From: Pseudomonadales bacterium
Lineage (GTDB): Bacteria > Pseudomonadota > Gammaproteobacteria > Pseudomonadales > UBA7434
Direction: 5' to 3'
Assembly: GCA_965216795.1 (NCBI GenBank)
Contig: OZ244196.1
Location: forward strand, 2,650,368 to 2,714,367
DNA: 64,000 bases
Part shown: one piece after another, positions 21,890-29,665 of the stretch
Layout: every line of letters starts with the position of its first letter
Numbering within the stretch: position 1 is the stretch's first letter
Position numbers and translations under genes: made by a program
The notes under the pieces: model-generated
Seen by the model: only the letters and a program-made list of their open reading frames with translations
Database searches by the model: none
What the model was told of the DNA's origin: nothing

Positions 21890-22570
21890 TCAGGCCAGTA
21901 CGGCAATCATTTTCCGCAGCAGTTTTTTCTGCCGATCTATGTTGGTCGATGTCAGTATGGACTGCTCATCGCCAGTGAGTGTGGTGAAGGCGCGCTGCGC
22001 CAGGAAGTAACCGGTAACGAGGTTGAACAGGGCGATAATCTGGATCGCCATCGTCTCGCGGTTGGGCCTGCCCTGCAGGCCCTGCGCTTGCATGTTTTGC
22101 GATCCCAGCAACAGCAGCCGATCGAGCCATTGCTTCATCAGCTGGTTGCCCAGCGAATCGGCTTCGCCCTGCAGCGCCTGCTGGAAAAGCGCCGCCATGT
22201 GCGGGTGATCGACCAGCAGGTCAGTCATCCTCGCGGGTAGTTCTTTCAGCGGGTGCCCCGCTGTGCCACCGCCATCCCCGGGCTCACCAAGCTGCGATTC
22301 CAGAACGCTGGCCATGGGCTCGAGGGCGCGATCCAGCACGGCGGCATAGAGTGCCTGTTTATCCCTGAAATGATTGTAGAGCGCAGGTTCAGTGAGCTGG
22401 GCCTCATGAGCAATCTGGCGCAACGATGTGGCCTCGAAGCCGCGCACGGCAAACAGCTGTTCGGCCACATCCATGATGCGCGCTGCTGTGCGCTGGCCCT
22501 TGGTCATCGGCCTGGGCTGGGCGGGCAAATCGCCGGAGCTGTCAGTGGATCGAGCGCTCACCGTGTTCAT
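21890..22570 (-). CDS. TetR family transcriptional regulator
   Basis: 226 aa with a TetR HTH (RIMDVAEQLFAVRGFEATSLRQIAHEAQLTEPALYNHF). Divergent from the dioxygenase genes. Confidence 0.8.
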   Translation of the reverse strand: MNTVSARSTDSSGDLPAQPRPMTKGQRTAARIMDVAEQLFAVRGFEATSLRQIAHEAQLTEPALYNHFRDKQALYAAVLDRALEPMASVLESQLGEPGDGGGTAGHPLKELPARMTDLLVDHPHMAALFQQALQGEADSLGNQLMKQWLDRLLLLGSQNMQAQGLQGRPNRETMAIQIIALFNLVTGYFLAQRAFTTLTGDEQSILTSTNIDRQKKLLRKMIAVLA

Positions 22571-22747
22571 CTCCCCAAACCCCCATTAAATGATCAAATA
22601 TTAATAAAATGGCTCGCCCAGTGCCTGCCAGCGCGGCACGGACGGGCATTGCGTTCAATTATGCGCATCGAACTGCCACTGGACAAGCAATAAATTAATA
22701 GTCGATAATATTTTCACGATTTTGAGTCCGTTTTCGGGGAGTCACCG

Positions 22748-24037
22748 ATGCCTGTATCCGTTGCCAAGCTGGTCAGCGAGGACGCCTGCTATGTCAGCCG
22801 CCGCGCCTGGGCCGATCACGATGTCTATACACTTGAAAAGAAAGGCATTTTTGGCAGGTCCTGGCTGTTCCTGGGCCATGAATCGCAGATCCCCGAGCCG
22901 GGTGATTTTGTCCAGGCCTACATGTGCGAAACCCCCATTATTCTTTCACGCGGGCAGGACGGCAAAGTTCGGGCGCTGGTGAACAGCTGTTCTCACCGGG
23001 GTTTGCCGGTCTGTCGCTCAGACCATGGCAACACCAAGCGCTTCATTTGCCCTTACCACAGCTGGGCCTACAGCGTGGAGGGTGAGTTGGTGACCATCCC
23101 ACAGGAGTCGGAGGTCTGCAACAAGCCGGATAAATCGCGACTGGGCCTGAAGCCTGTGCCCCGGCTCGAGAGCTGGCACGGCATGTACTTTGGCAGTTTC
23201 AATGAGGATATTGAGTCGCTTGATGACTATCTGGGCGACCAGCGCTTTTACCTCGAGGCCTTCTTCGGCCGGTTCGAAAATGGCATCGAGTTTATGGGGG
23301 CGCCGCATCGCTGGGTGCTGAACGCCAACTGGAAATTGCCCGTAGAGAACCAGATTGGCGATGTGAATCACGGCGCGTTCCTGCACAGTACGCTGATTCC
23401 GCGCGAAGCGCAGGACCAGATCGAAGCGCTCGGCTACAGCGCCGTCGTTGGCGAGGGCGGCCATGGCGCAACCTTCAGGCTCATGCCTGAAGATGCTCCC
23501 GTTGAAGAGGTTGCCTGGGGGTTTGAAGGTATGGGCGCGGCGCTGGGCGGGGCAGAAGTGCAGGAGTACCTGCGCGAAGTGCAGGCCAAAGCCGCAGAGC
23601 GAGTTGGTGCGCTGCGCGCGCGCTTCAAGGGCCTGACCTTTGGCGTGTACCCCAACCTGTCTTTCCTGTGGTCGAATACCTCCTTCAAAGTGTCGCATCC
23701 GCGCGGGCCCCACAAAGTCGAGTACTGGTCCTGGTCGGCGGTCCCCGCCGATGCGCCGGATGCTATCAAGAAAGTCCTGCGCACCAACTACAGTTCGTTC
23801 TTCGGGCCCGGCGGCCTGGTCGAGCAGGAAGACTCTGAAGCCTGGATGCAGCAGCTGGTGGGCAGTCGCATCGATTTCGTCGATGACAGGCCTTACTTTT
23901 ATGGCCTGGGCGAGGGTATGGAAAAACCACACCCCGAGATGCCCGGGCTGGTTAGCGTGACGGCCAACGAGTACTACGCCCGCGCATTCTTCAAGCGCTG
24001 GCAGCGCGAGCTGGCTGCCGTGGAGGGTGTGCAATGA
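22748..24037 (+). CDS. Aromatic ring-hydroxylating dioxygenase, alpha (Rieske) subunit
   Basis: 429 aa with Rieske motif CSHRGLPV...CPYHSWAY, followed by a catalytic domain. Confidence 0.85.
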   Translation: MPVSVAKLVSEDACYVSRRAWADHDVYTLEKKGIFGRSWLFLGHESQIPEPGDFVQAYMCETPIILSRGQDGKVRALVNSCSHRGLPVCRSDHGNTKRFICPYHSWAYSVEGELVTIPQESEVCNKPDKSRLGLKPVPRLESWHGMYFGSFNEDIESLDDYLGDQRFYLEAFFGRFENGIEFMGAPHRWVLNANWKLPVENQIGDVNHGAFLHSTLIPREAQDQIEALGYSAVVGEGGHGATFRLMPEDAPVEEVAWGFEGMGAALGGAEVQEYLREVQAKAAERVGALRARFKGLTFGVYPNLSFLWSNTSFKVSHPRGPHKVEYWSWSAVPADAPDAIKKVLRTNYSSFFGPGGLVEQEDSEAWMQQLVGSRIDFVDDRPYFYGLGEGMEKPHPEMPGLVSVTANEYYARAFFKRWQRELAAVEGVQ

Positions 24038-24600
24038 GTGCCGCCTTCCCCCGCCGCGTCGTGAGCGCGGACGAGCAGTTTGCGATAGAGCAATTCTATT
24101 TCTACGAGGCGCGGCTGCTGGATGGCCGCCAGTTCAAAACCTGGTTGACACTGCTGGACCCGGGCATACAGTACCTGATGCCATCGCGCATCAACACGCA
24201 GGTAAATAACCGCGATAAGGGCAACGAATCGATGCTCGGCGTAGAGCGCGAGCTGGAAAACAGTGATTCGATGGGTTGCCCGCTGCGCGAGGAAAACATC
24301 ATTCACCTGACCCTGCGAGCTGAGCGCGGGTACATGATTAATGCCTGGGCTGAAAACCCGCCCGCGAGAACGCGGCGCATTATCGGCAATGTCGAGGTGC
24401 TAGCGAGCAGCGAAGAATGCTTCGAGGTCGTGAGTAACTTCCACCTGTACTTCAGCCGGCCAAGCAGCGCCGACTTTATCTACAGTGGGCAGCGCAGTGA
24501 CCGGCTGCTAAGGCAGGATGATGGTTTGCTGCTGGGCAGGCGAGAGGTCGTCATGGACTACTCGGTGATCGAGGTGCCGACCATGGGGCTCATCTTCTAG
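24034..24600 (+). CDS. Aromatic ring-hydroxylating dioxygenase, beta subunit
   Basis: 188 aa. The start overlaps the alpha stop (ATGA). NTF2-like beta-subunit pattern (QFYFYEARLLDGRQFKTWL). Confidence 0.8.
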   Translation: MSAAFPRRVVSADEQFAIEQFYFYEARLLDGRQFKTWLTLLDPGIQYLMPSRINTQVNNRDKGNESMLGVERELENSDSMGCPLREENIIHLTLRAERGYMINAWAENPPARTRRIIGNVEVLASSEECFEVVSNFHLYFSRPSSADFIYSGQRSDRLLRQDDGLLLGRREVVMDYSVIEVPTMGLIF

Positions 24601-24717
24601 CGACTGCGGCCAGGCTGCCGGTGCCAGGGTCAAGCCCGCGGGTAGATCGATTTGCGCTAGAATACGCGCCTATGCTGTAGCATAAGCGTAATCTTGGCGT
24701 CGTCACCCGGACCGATT

Positions 24718-25665
24718 ATGAGCACCTTTCCCAAGTTCAAGCCCACAGACTACCCGACGGTTTACCTCGAGCAGACCGACAAGGACTTCTCGGACTCCCT
24801 GCAGTCGAATTTTCGTTACGCCTATTTCAAGACCATTGCCAAAGGTGGCAAGTCGCTGATTCAGTCGTGCAAGGATATGCATCTGGGGCGGGTGGTGTGC
24901 TACAAATCGCTGCTGCCTGAAGTTGCCGACGACCCCATAGAGCAAAAACGCCTGCTGCGCGAAGCGCGGATTTCGGCCATGCTGCAGCATCCAAATACGA
25001 TGCCCACCTATGAGCTGGGTCGCGATCGCAAAGGGCACTACTACTTTACTATGAAGCTGGTGCATGGTTATACCTTCCGTGAAATTATCGATTTTCGCGA
25101 GCGCTATGACCTCGGCCAGTTGCTCGATATTTTGGTACAGGTCGCCTATGCGCTCGATTATGCACACACGCATGGCGTCGTGCATCGCGATATCAAACCT
25201 GAAAACATTCTCGTGGGCCCGTTTGGCGAGGTGCTACTACTCGACTGGGGGCTCGCCAAGGTGCGCAGTGAAACAGGGCAGGCCGCCGATATTGATGCCG
25301 TCGACCCGCAAGTGAGCGCGCCCGAAAAAACCATGACAGGGTTCCAGAAGCTGCAGGGTACCGTGAGTTATATGTCGCCCGAGCAGATGGACAAGTCACC
25401 CGATATCGATGGCCGCACCGACATATACAGCCTGGGCGTCGTGCTTTATGAGGCGATCTGCGGAGAGCTGCCGGTATCGGGCGACACCGTCGACAAGGTC
25501 ATGGCCAGCGTGCGCAACGATGTGCCGCCATTGCCATCGACCTTGACCACAATGCCGGTGCCGACCCTGCTCGAAGAGACCGTCATGCATTGCCTGCAAA
25601 AATCGCCGGCGCAGCGACTGGCGACGATGGGCGACTTTGTCCGGCAGCTAAAACACTGTTACTGA
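24718..25665 (+). CDS. Ser/Thr protein kinase (kinase domain only)
   Basis: HRDIKPENILV catalytic loop, DWG (DFG-like), SYMSPE (APE-like). First ATG at 24718; the ORF opens at TTG 24694. Confidence 0.8.
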   Translation: MSTFPKFKPTDYPTVYLEQTDKDFSDSLQSNFRYAYFKTIAKGGKSLIQSCKDMHLGRVVCYKSLLPEVADDPIEQKRLLREARISAMLQHPNTMPTYELGRDRKGHYYFTMKLVHGYTFREIIDFRERYDLGQLLDILVQVAYALDYAHTHGVVHRDIKPENILVGPFGEVLLLDWGLAKVRSETGQAADIDAVDPQVSAPEKTMTGFQKLQGTVSYMSPEQMDKSPDIDGRTDIYSLGVVLYEAICGELPVSGDTVDKVMASVRNDVPPLPSTLTTMPVPTLLEETVMHCLQKSPAQRLATMGDFVRQLKHCY

Positions 25666-26414
25666 CCGCCGCTCAGTCGCGCGAGAATTAGCGAGATATT
25701 GTCCTGCCCGCCGCAATCGAGCGCGCGGTCGAGTAGCTGTTCGGCGAGATCATCGAGATTGTCGGCGTGACGTGTGGCGTATTCGAGCAGTCTTTCATCA
25801 TCGACTTTGTCTGACAGGCCGTCGGTGCAGGCCAGGATAATATCGTGCTCGTCGACCGTTGCGGTGCCCGTACCCGGTTGCAATAGCAGTATGCTGCCAA
25901 CGCGCTGGGTCAGTATTCTCCCTGCCGACCTGTGCAGTTTCGGCGCCGTTTTGCGATCGATTTTGTCCGGGTCGAGTGTGTGGTCGCTACTGAGCTGCTT
26001 AACCTCGTTGGTGTGCGGGCGAATGCGATAGATACGCGAATCACCGACCCATGAGTAGGTCAGCTGCTGCTCCTGCAAAGTGAAGCAACTTAGCGTGCAG
26101 CCCATCTTGCTGTAATCGGGGTTGTTTTGCTGCACAGCGATGATCGCCTCGTTGGCAAACTTCACCGCGTTGGCAAGTACCATTTCACGGTCACGCTGTG
26201 CCTTACCCGTGTCGCCGCCGGCGTCAGCCAGAAACTCCATGCAGGCATCGACCGCCATCTGGCTGGCCACTTCGCCGTGGGCGTTGCCGCCGATGCCATC
26301 GGCGATCGCCGCAACGCCCTGCGGGGCGTTGATCGCCAGGCAGTCTTCATTCTTGCGACGGACTTTGCCGCGGTCGCTGCGACTGGCAAACTCGATAGAA
26401 CAAGGTTTTGACAT
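25659..26414 (-). CDS. PP2C-family Ser/Thr phosphatase
   Basis: SDRGKVRRKNEDC, DGIGG, CTDGLSD and GGQDNISLILARL motifs. Start set at MSKPCSIEF. The 3' end overlaps the kinase 3' end by 7 nt. Confidence 0.8.
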   Translation of the reverse strand: MSKPCSIEFASRSDRGKVRRKNEDCLAINAPQGVAAIADGIGGNAHGEVASQMAVDACMEFLADAGGDTGKAQRDREMVLANAVKFANEAIIAVQQNNPDYSKMGCTLSCFTLQEQQLTYSWVGDSRIYRIRPHTNEVKQLSSDHTLDPDKIDRKTAPKLHRSAGRILTQRVGSILLLQPGTGTATVDEHDIILACTDGLSDKVDDERLLEYATRHADNLDDLAEQLLDRALDCGGQDNISLILARLSGGQ

Positions 26415-26489
26415 GGGGCTAGTGTAGCCAATCTCGCCGGCTAAGCCCACCGTCCGGGGCTAAGTAGCGGGCGGTGCCTGTCTCGCCGC

Positions 26490-26900
26490 TTAGCCGAAAA
26501 ACAGTTCTGCGGCGAGAAAGGCGAAGAAAAAACCAACGAGATACACCAGCACCGAAAACCACAGGATGGCCCAACTCAACCGGCGTAGCCTCATGCATGC
26601 CCGGGCCTTGACTGGGTCGGCCGGGCAGGGATCGTTGCGGGCGCGCCATTGCGCAGCGCCTGCCAGTGCCAGCAGAATACCTGCAGCAGCGAACACTGCA
26701 GCTTTATACTCGGAGATTGCCGTGATCCATGGCGCTGCGCCAATCAGCCCAGCCAGTGAGGCGCCCATGCCGAGCGTGACCAGCAGGGCGGGCAGGGCGC
26801 AGCACACGAGCGTGCCCATGGATGTGAACAAGCTCAACGAGGGCAGGATCGTTTGCCGCCACAGTGACGGCTCTTCGCTGAGCGGGGCCTCATTCATCAT
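26490..26900 (-). CDS. MerT-like three-TM heavy-metal transport protein
   Basis: 136 aa. CC pair in TM1 (GTLVCCALPALL) and a second Cys pair between TM2 and TM3 (DPCPADPVKARAC), the same architecture as remembered MerT. Confidence 0.55.
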   Translation of the reverse strand: MMNEAPLSEEPSLWRQTILPSLSLFTSMGTLVCCALPALLVTLGMGASLAGLIGAAPWITAISEYKAAVFAAAGILLALAGAAQWRARNDPCPADPVKARACMRLRRLSWAILWFSVLVYLVGFFFAFLAAELFFG

Positions 26901-27186
26901 GGCGTAGCGCCCTTACATCGTAACCGGCGTCGTTGATCACGCTGATAATCGTTTCATCATCAAGCTGCTTGCCCTCGTGGAAGTGAATGCTGATGACTTT
27001 GGTGTCGAGATTGACCTCGATTGACTCTACCGCGTCCTCGCGTTTGAACATCTTTTCCAGTGCGCGGGCGCAGAAGTCACAGACCAGGCCGTTGACGTCG
27101 GCGTGGACGGTGCCGCCGGGGTGAGCAGCGCCAATGTGTACGGAGAAAAGCAGTGCGCATAGCGCGGTAACCAATAATCTATTCAT
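26890..27186 (-). CDS. Periplasmic heavy-metal-associated (HMA, MerP/CopZ-like) protein
   Basis: 98 aa. Signal peptide plus a CxxC metal loop (VNGLVCDFCA) in a ferredoxin-like-sized domain. Confidence 0.7.
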   Translation of the reverse strand: MNRLLVTALCALLFSVHIGAAHPGGTVHADVNGLVCDFCARALEKMFKREDAVESIEVNLDTKVISIHFHEGKQLDDETIISVINDAGYDVRALRHDE

Positions 27187-27202
27187 GTGGCAGGTCTCCG
27201 GG

Positions 27203-27835
27203 TTAGTACCTGAAAATATAGTTGAACATCACATCGCCATGGTTGCTGATACCAATTTCGACCATATGCACATCCTTGAACAGCCTGGCCATCGGTGTCA
27301 CCGTGAAGGTATTGCGCGACTCGGGCATGTGGCGTGCCTCGAGCATCAGCCAGGTGTGCAGGTCGCCGTAGTCACCTTCATACGGCGCCCAGCCAATGCG
27401 GGCGGTCTGCTGGTAAAAGGCGTCGATATCACCGGCGTGGGTGTAGCGGTTTTCGTAGGCCACAAAGTAGCGACGATCTTCCCAGTCCAACGCGAGGCCT
27501 GTGAATGCGGCCAGCTCTTCGCTGCCACCAAAGTCACTCCTGGCGGCACCGATACCGGATTTCAGATAGATGTTTGCCTGGCTCTCTTTCTGGTTCCAGC
27601 GCTGTAGCAGGCGGTTGACCTGCACGGCGTTGATCCTGAAATCCCTGTCGTGCCAGTCTTCAAACTTGTAGCCGATCGATGTTTTGACCGTCGGTGAATA
27701 ATGAAGGTGGGCAGAGCGTCGGTTGCCATCGTTCATTGACATCAGTGTCCAGCCGCCCGGGTACGATACGGGGCGAGCGTCGACATGCTGGGTAACCAGC
27801 CCGAGCACAGCCAGGGCCAGTGTATAGATTCGCAT
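27203..27835 (-). CDS. Putative small outer-membrane beta-barrel protein
   Basis: 210 aa. Signal peptide, alternating aromatic/polar pattern, C-terminal ...FNYIFRY. No family recognised. Confidence 0.4.
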   Translation of the reverse strand: MRIYTLALAVLGLVTQHVDARPVSYPGGWTLMSMNDGNRRSAHLHYSPTVKTSIGYKFEDWHDRDFRINAVQVNRLLQRWNQKESQANIYLKSGIGAARSDFGGSEELAAFTGLALDWEDRRYFVAYENRYTHAGDIDAFYQQTARIGWAPYEGDYGDLHTWLMLEARHMPESRNTFTVTPMARLFKDVHMVEIGISNHGDVMFNYIFRY

Positions 27836-27872
27836 GGAATCCTCCTGTTCAGTTGCAGTACTTATGCAAGAA

Positions 27873-28232
27873 TCAGGAGGGTGCTTTAGGTGGGCGTCTT
27901 GGTGGTGATGGGATTAAAGAGGCAAAGTCTTGCTGCGCAGTGTTAATGCGTGCTTTGCCCAAAGCGGCAAACTCGATGGCTGGCAGCCCTTCGAGCATGG
28001 GCGTATTCTGGAAAGAGGCGTGGACGCAAAGGCATGCGCCTTCGCAGTGGTTGGGCTGCTCGGGCGTAACGGCGTCCCCTTGTTCATGGCAGGGCGCGTT
28101 GGCAGGCTCAATATCCAACACCTGGCTGGGGCCACCATCATGGCTGCCGTGGCAGCTGCCCGACAGCGCTGCGGCGGCAAATGCGTTTGCCGAAAGCAGC
28201 GCTACGAGCGCGAAAACGATGAAATTCTTCAT
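27873..28232 (-). CDS. Small secreted Cys/His-rich protein (DUF2946/CopL-like?)
   Basis: 119 aa. Signal peptide; SCHGSHD, PCHEQGD and HCEGACLCVH clusters; proline/arginine tail (SPPRRPPKAPS), as remembered for DUF2946-type proteins. Confidence 0.45.
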   Translation of the reverse strand: MKNFIVFALVALLSANAFAAAALSGSCHGSHDGGPSQVLDIEPANAPCHEQGDAVTPEQPNHCEGACLCVHASFQNTPMLEGLPAIEFAALGKARINTAQQDFASLIPSPPRRPPKAPS

Positions 28233-28317
28233 ACCTTAAGACTATACCAGCCTGGGGCCAAAAAGTTCATCGCGTTTTGCTGACTGTGAGCGCATGCGCA
28301 TTTCGCGCGGGTGTCGC

Positions 28318-28746
28318 CTAGGCTGCGTCGACTTCTTTCAGCGTTGCCAGGCCTTCGTCCCACTCCCAGAAGCCGCGCAGGTTGGCCAGTTTGCCCTCGT
28401 CGTTAATGCGGTAAGTGAAGATACCTTCAACGGTCTGCTGGTACTTTTTACCGCCCATATCCATCGTGATCTTGAGGGTCAGGCGATTGGCGCATTCACG
28501 CGCGGCGGTGTGTGACTCATGAATCGTAATGTTGATATCGGAGTTGGCGATGCTTGTGTTCCAGAAGGCCTCGCGCGCCTCGGGCGTGCCGTGGCCTTTG
28601 CCCGACGGGTCGAGGTCAGAGACGCCAATAGGGTCCTCGATCAGGCCATCTTCGGCAAACATGCCCAGCCAGCCTTCTTTGTTATGGGTGTGAACGTACT
28701 CGCGTGATTTCAATGCCATTTGGTAGGCAACATTATCTTCTTTCAT
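28318..28746 (-). CDS. SnoaL/NTF2-like (ketosteroid-isomerase-fold) protein
   Basis: 142 aa. Size and pattern fit the NTF2-like fold (WLGMFAEDGLIEDPIG). Confidence 0.55.
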   Translation of the reverse strand: MKEDNVAYQMALKSREYVHTHNKEGWLGMFAEDGLIEDPIGVSDLDPSGKGHGTPEAREAFWNTSIANSDINITIHESHTAARECANRLTLKITMDMGGKKYQQTVEGIFTYRINDEGKLANLRGFWEWDEGLATLKEVDAA

Positions 28747-29032
28747 TGCGTGCTCCGGTGTGTTGGTTCGAGCAGGTTGCGGCGGGTATTGCCAGTAACC
28801 CAGGCGTGGCTATGTGCGCAAGGCATCTGGCACCCGCGGCCACGAACGGAGCTAATTTATCAGAAGTCATTGCTGCAGTCGCGCTTTTTTCCATTACCTA
28901 ACCTTACATGCTGATAACCCGCCCGGCGGGGTAAACTGGCGCTGAATCCGGCGTTGGCAGTGCGGCGATATGGCGAGCTGCACAGCTTGCGATGCCGGCC
29001 TGACGCAAAAGATCAATGAATCGGGCGGGACA

Positions 29033-29596
29033 ATGAACAGCTCTCATCAATCACCATCGGTCCACCCTTTGGCAGTAATAGATAAGGCGCTCGCGTTTGC
29101 TGCGCGGGTCTTTGCCCGCCGCTATGCTGTTATGGTCGCGCTCGCGCTGTCTGCAATGTTGGCAGGCTGTAGCAGTATAGGGTCATCGTCGAGCGGCCTG
29201 GGCGCAGAAGACCTTGCCGAGATACGCCAACTGCTGGCGCGCTATACCCTGCTTGCTGATGTTGAAAAGGATCACGCGGGCGAGGGTATGCGTGAGATCT
29301 TCACGGAAGACGGCACCTTCCAGGTGCCCGGTATTGATCTCTACGTGAACGGCATCGATGCCATTGTTGCGTTCTTTCGGGACAGGCCTGGCGGAGACCA
29401 CCATATCAACAGCAACCTGGTTATCGAGGGAGATGGCGAGCGTGCGCAGGTGATGAGCTATGTCCACATCATCAAGGCAGAGCAGGGTGTCGAATCTTTA
29501 GTGTTTGGTTACTACGAAGATAGCCTGGTCAAGACGGCGCAGGGCTGGCGAATCCAGCTGCGCAATACCGTGTTGTTGGGGTTCTCCCCTGAGTAG
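29033..29596 (+). CDS. Lipoprotein with a SnoaL/NTF2-like domain
   Basis: Start at ATG 29033. Lipobox LAGCS. IRQLLARYTLLADV..., typical of SnoaL_4-like domains. Confidence 0.5.
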   Translation: MNSSHQSPSVHPLAVIDKALAFAARVFARRYAVMVALALSAMLAGCSSIGSSSSGLGAEDLAEIRQLLARYTLLADVEKDHAGEGMREIFTEDGTFQVPGIDLYVNGIDAIVAFFRDRPGGDHHINSNLVIEGDGERAQVMSYVHIIKAEQGVESLVFGYYEDSLVKTAQGWRIQLRNTVLLGFSPE

Positions 29597-29665
29597 CGTC
29601 GGAAAAGTCCGCTATTGATTTGATAGCTGGCCCCTTTCCTGCTTTCCTGATTGTCTTCCGGCGAA

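Noticed and set aside
22571-22747. AT-rich short palindromes (AATATT, TGATCA, ATTAAT) between the TetR gene and the dioxygenase genes as a defined TetR operator.
   Set aside because: No extended (over 12 bp) inverted repeat could be aligned convincingly by eye, so it is left unannotated.
23018-24034. Long antisense or alternative-frame ORFs inside confident genes (e.g. 1066-2016 +, 5845-6858 -, 23018-24034 -, 54859-55860 +, 59739-60431 +, 61678-62541 -, 9890-10645 -).
   Set aside because: These are typical high-GC shadow ORFs. They have Arg/Ala/Gly/Pro-rich low-complexity translations and no motifs, and each is fully overlapped by a gene with clear family signatures.
26490-28232. Calling this a mercury-resistance (mer) operon.
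   Set aside because: No MerA reductase, MerR or MerD is present. Only the transporter and periplasmic-binding architecture is present, so it is reported as an orphan MerT/MerP-like metal cluster.
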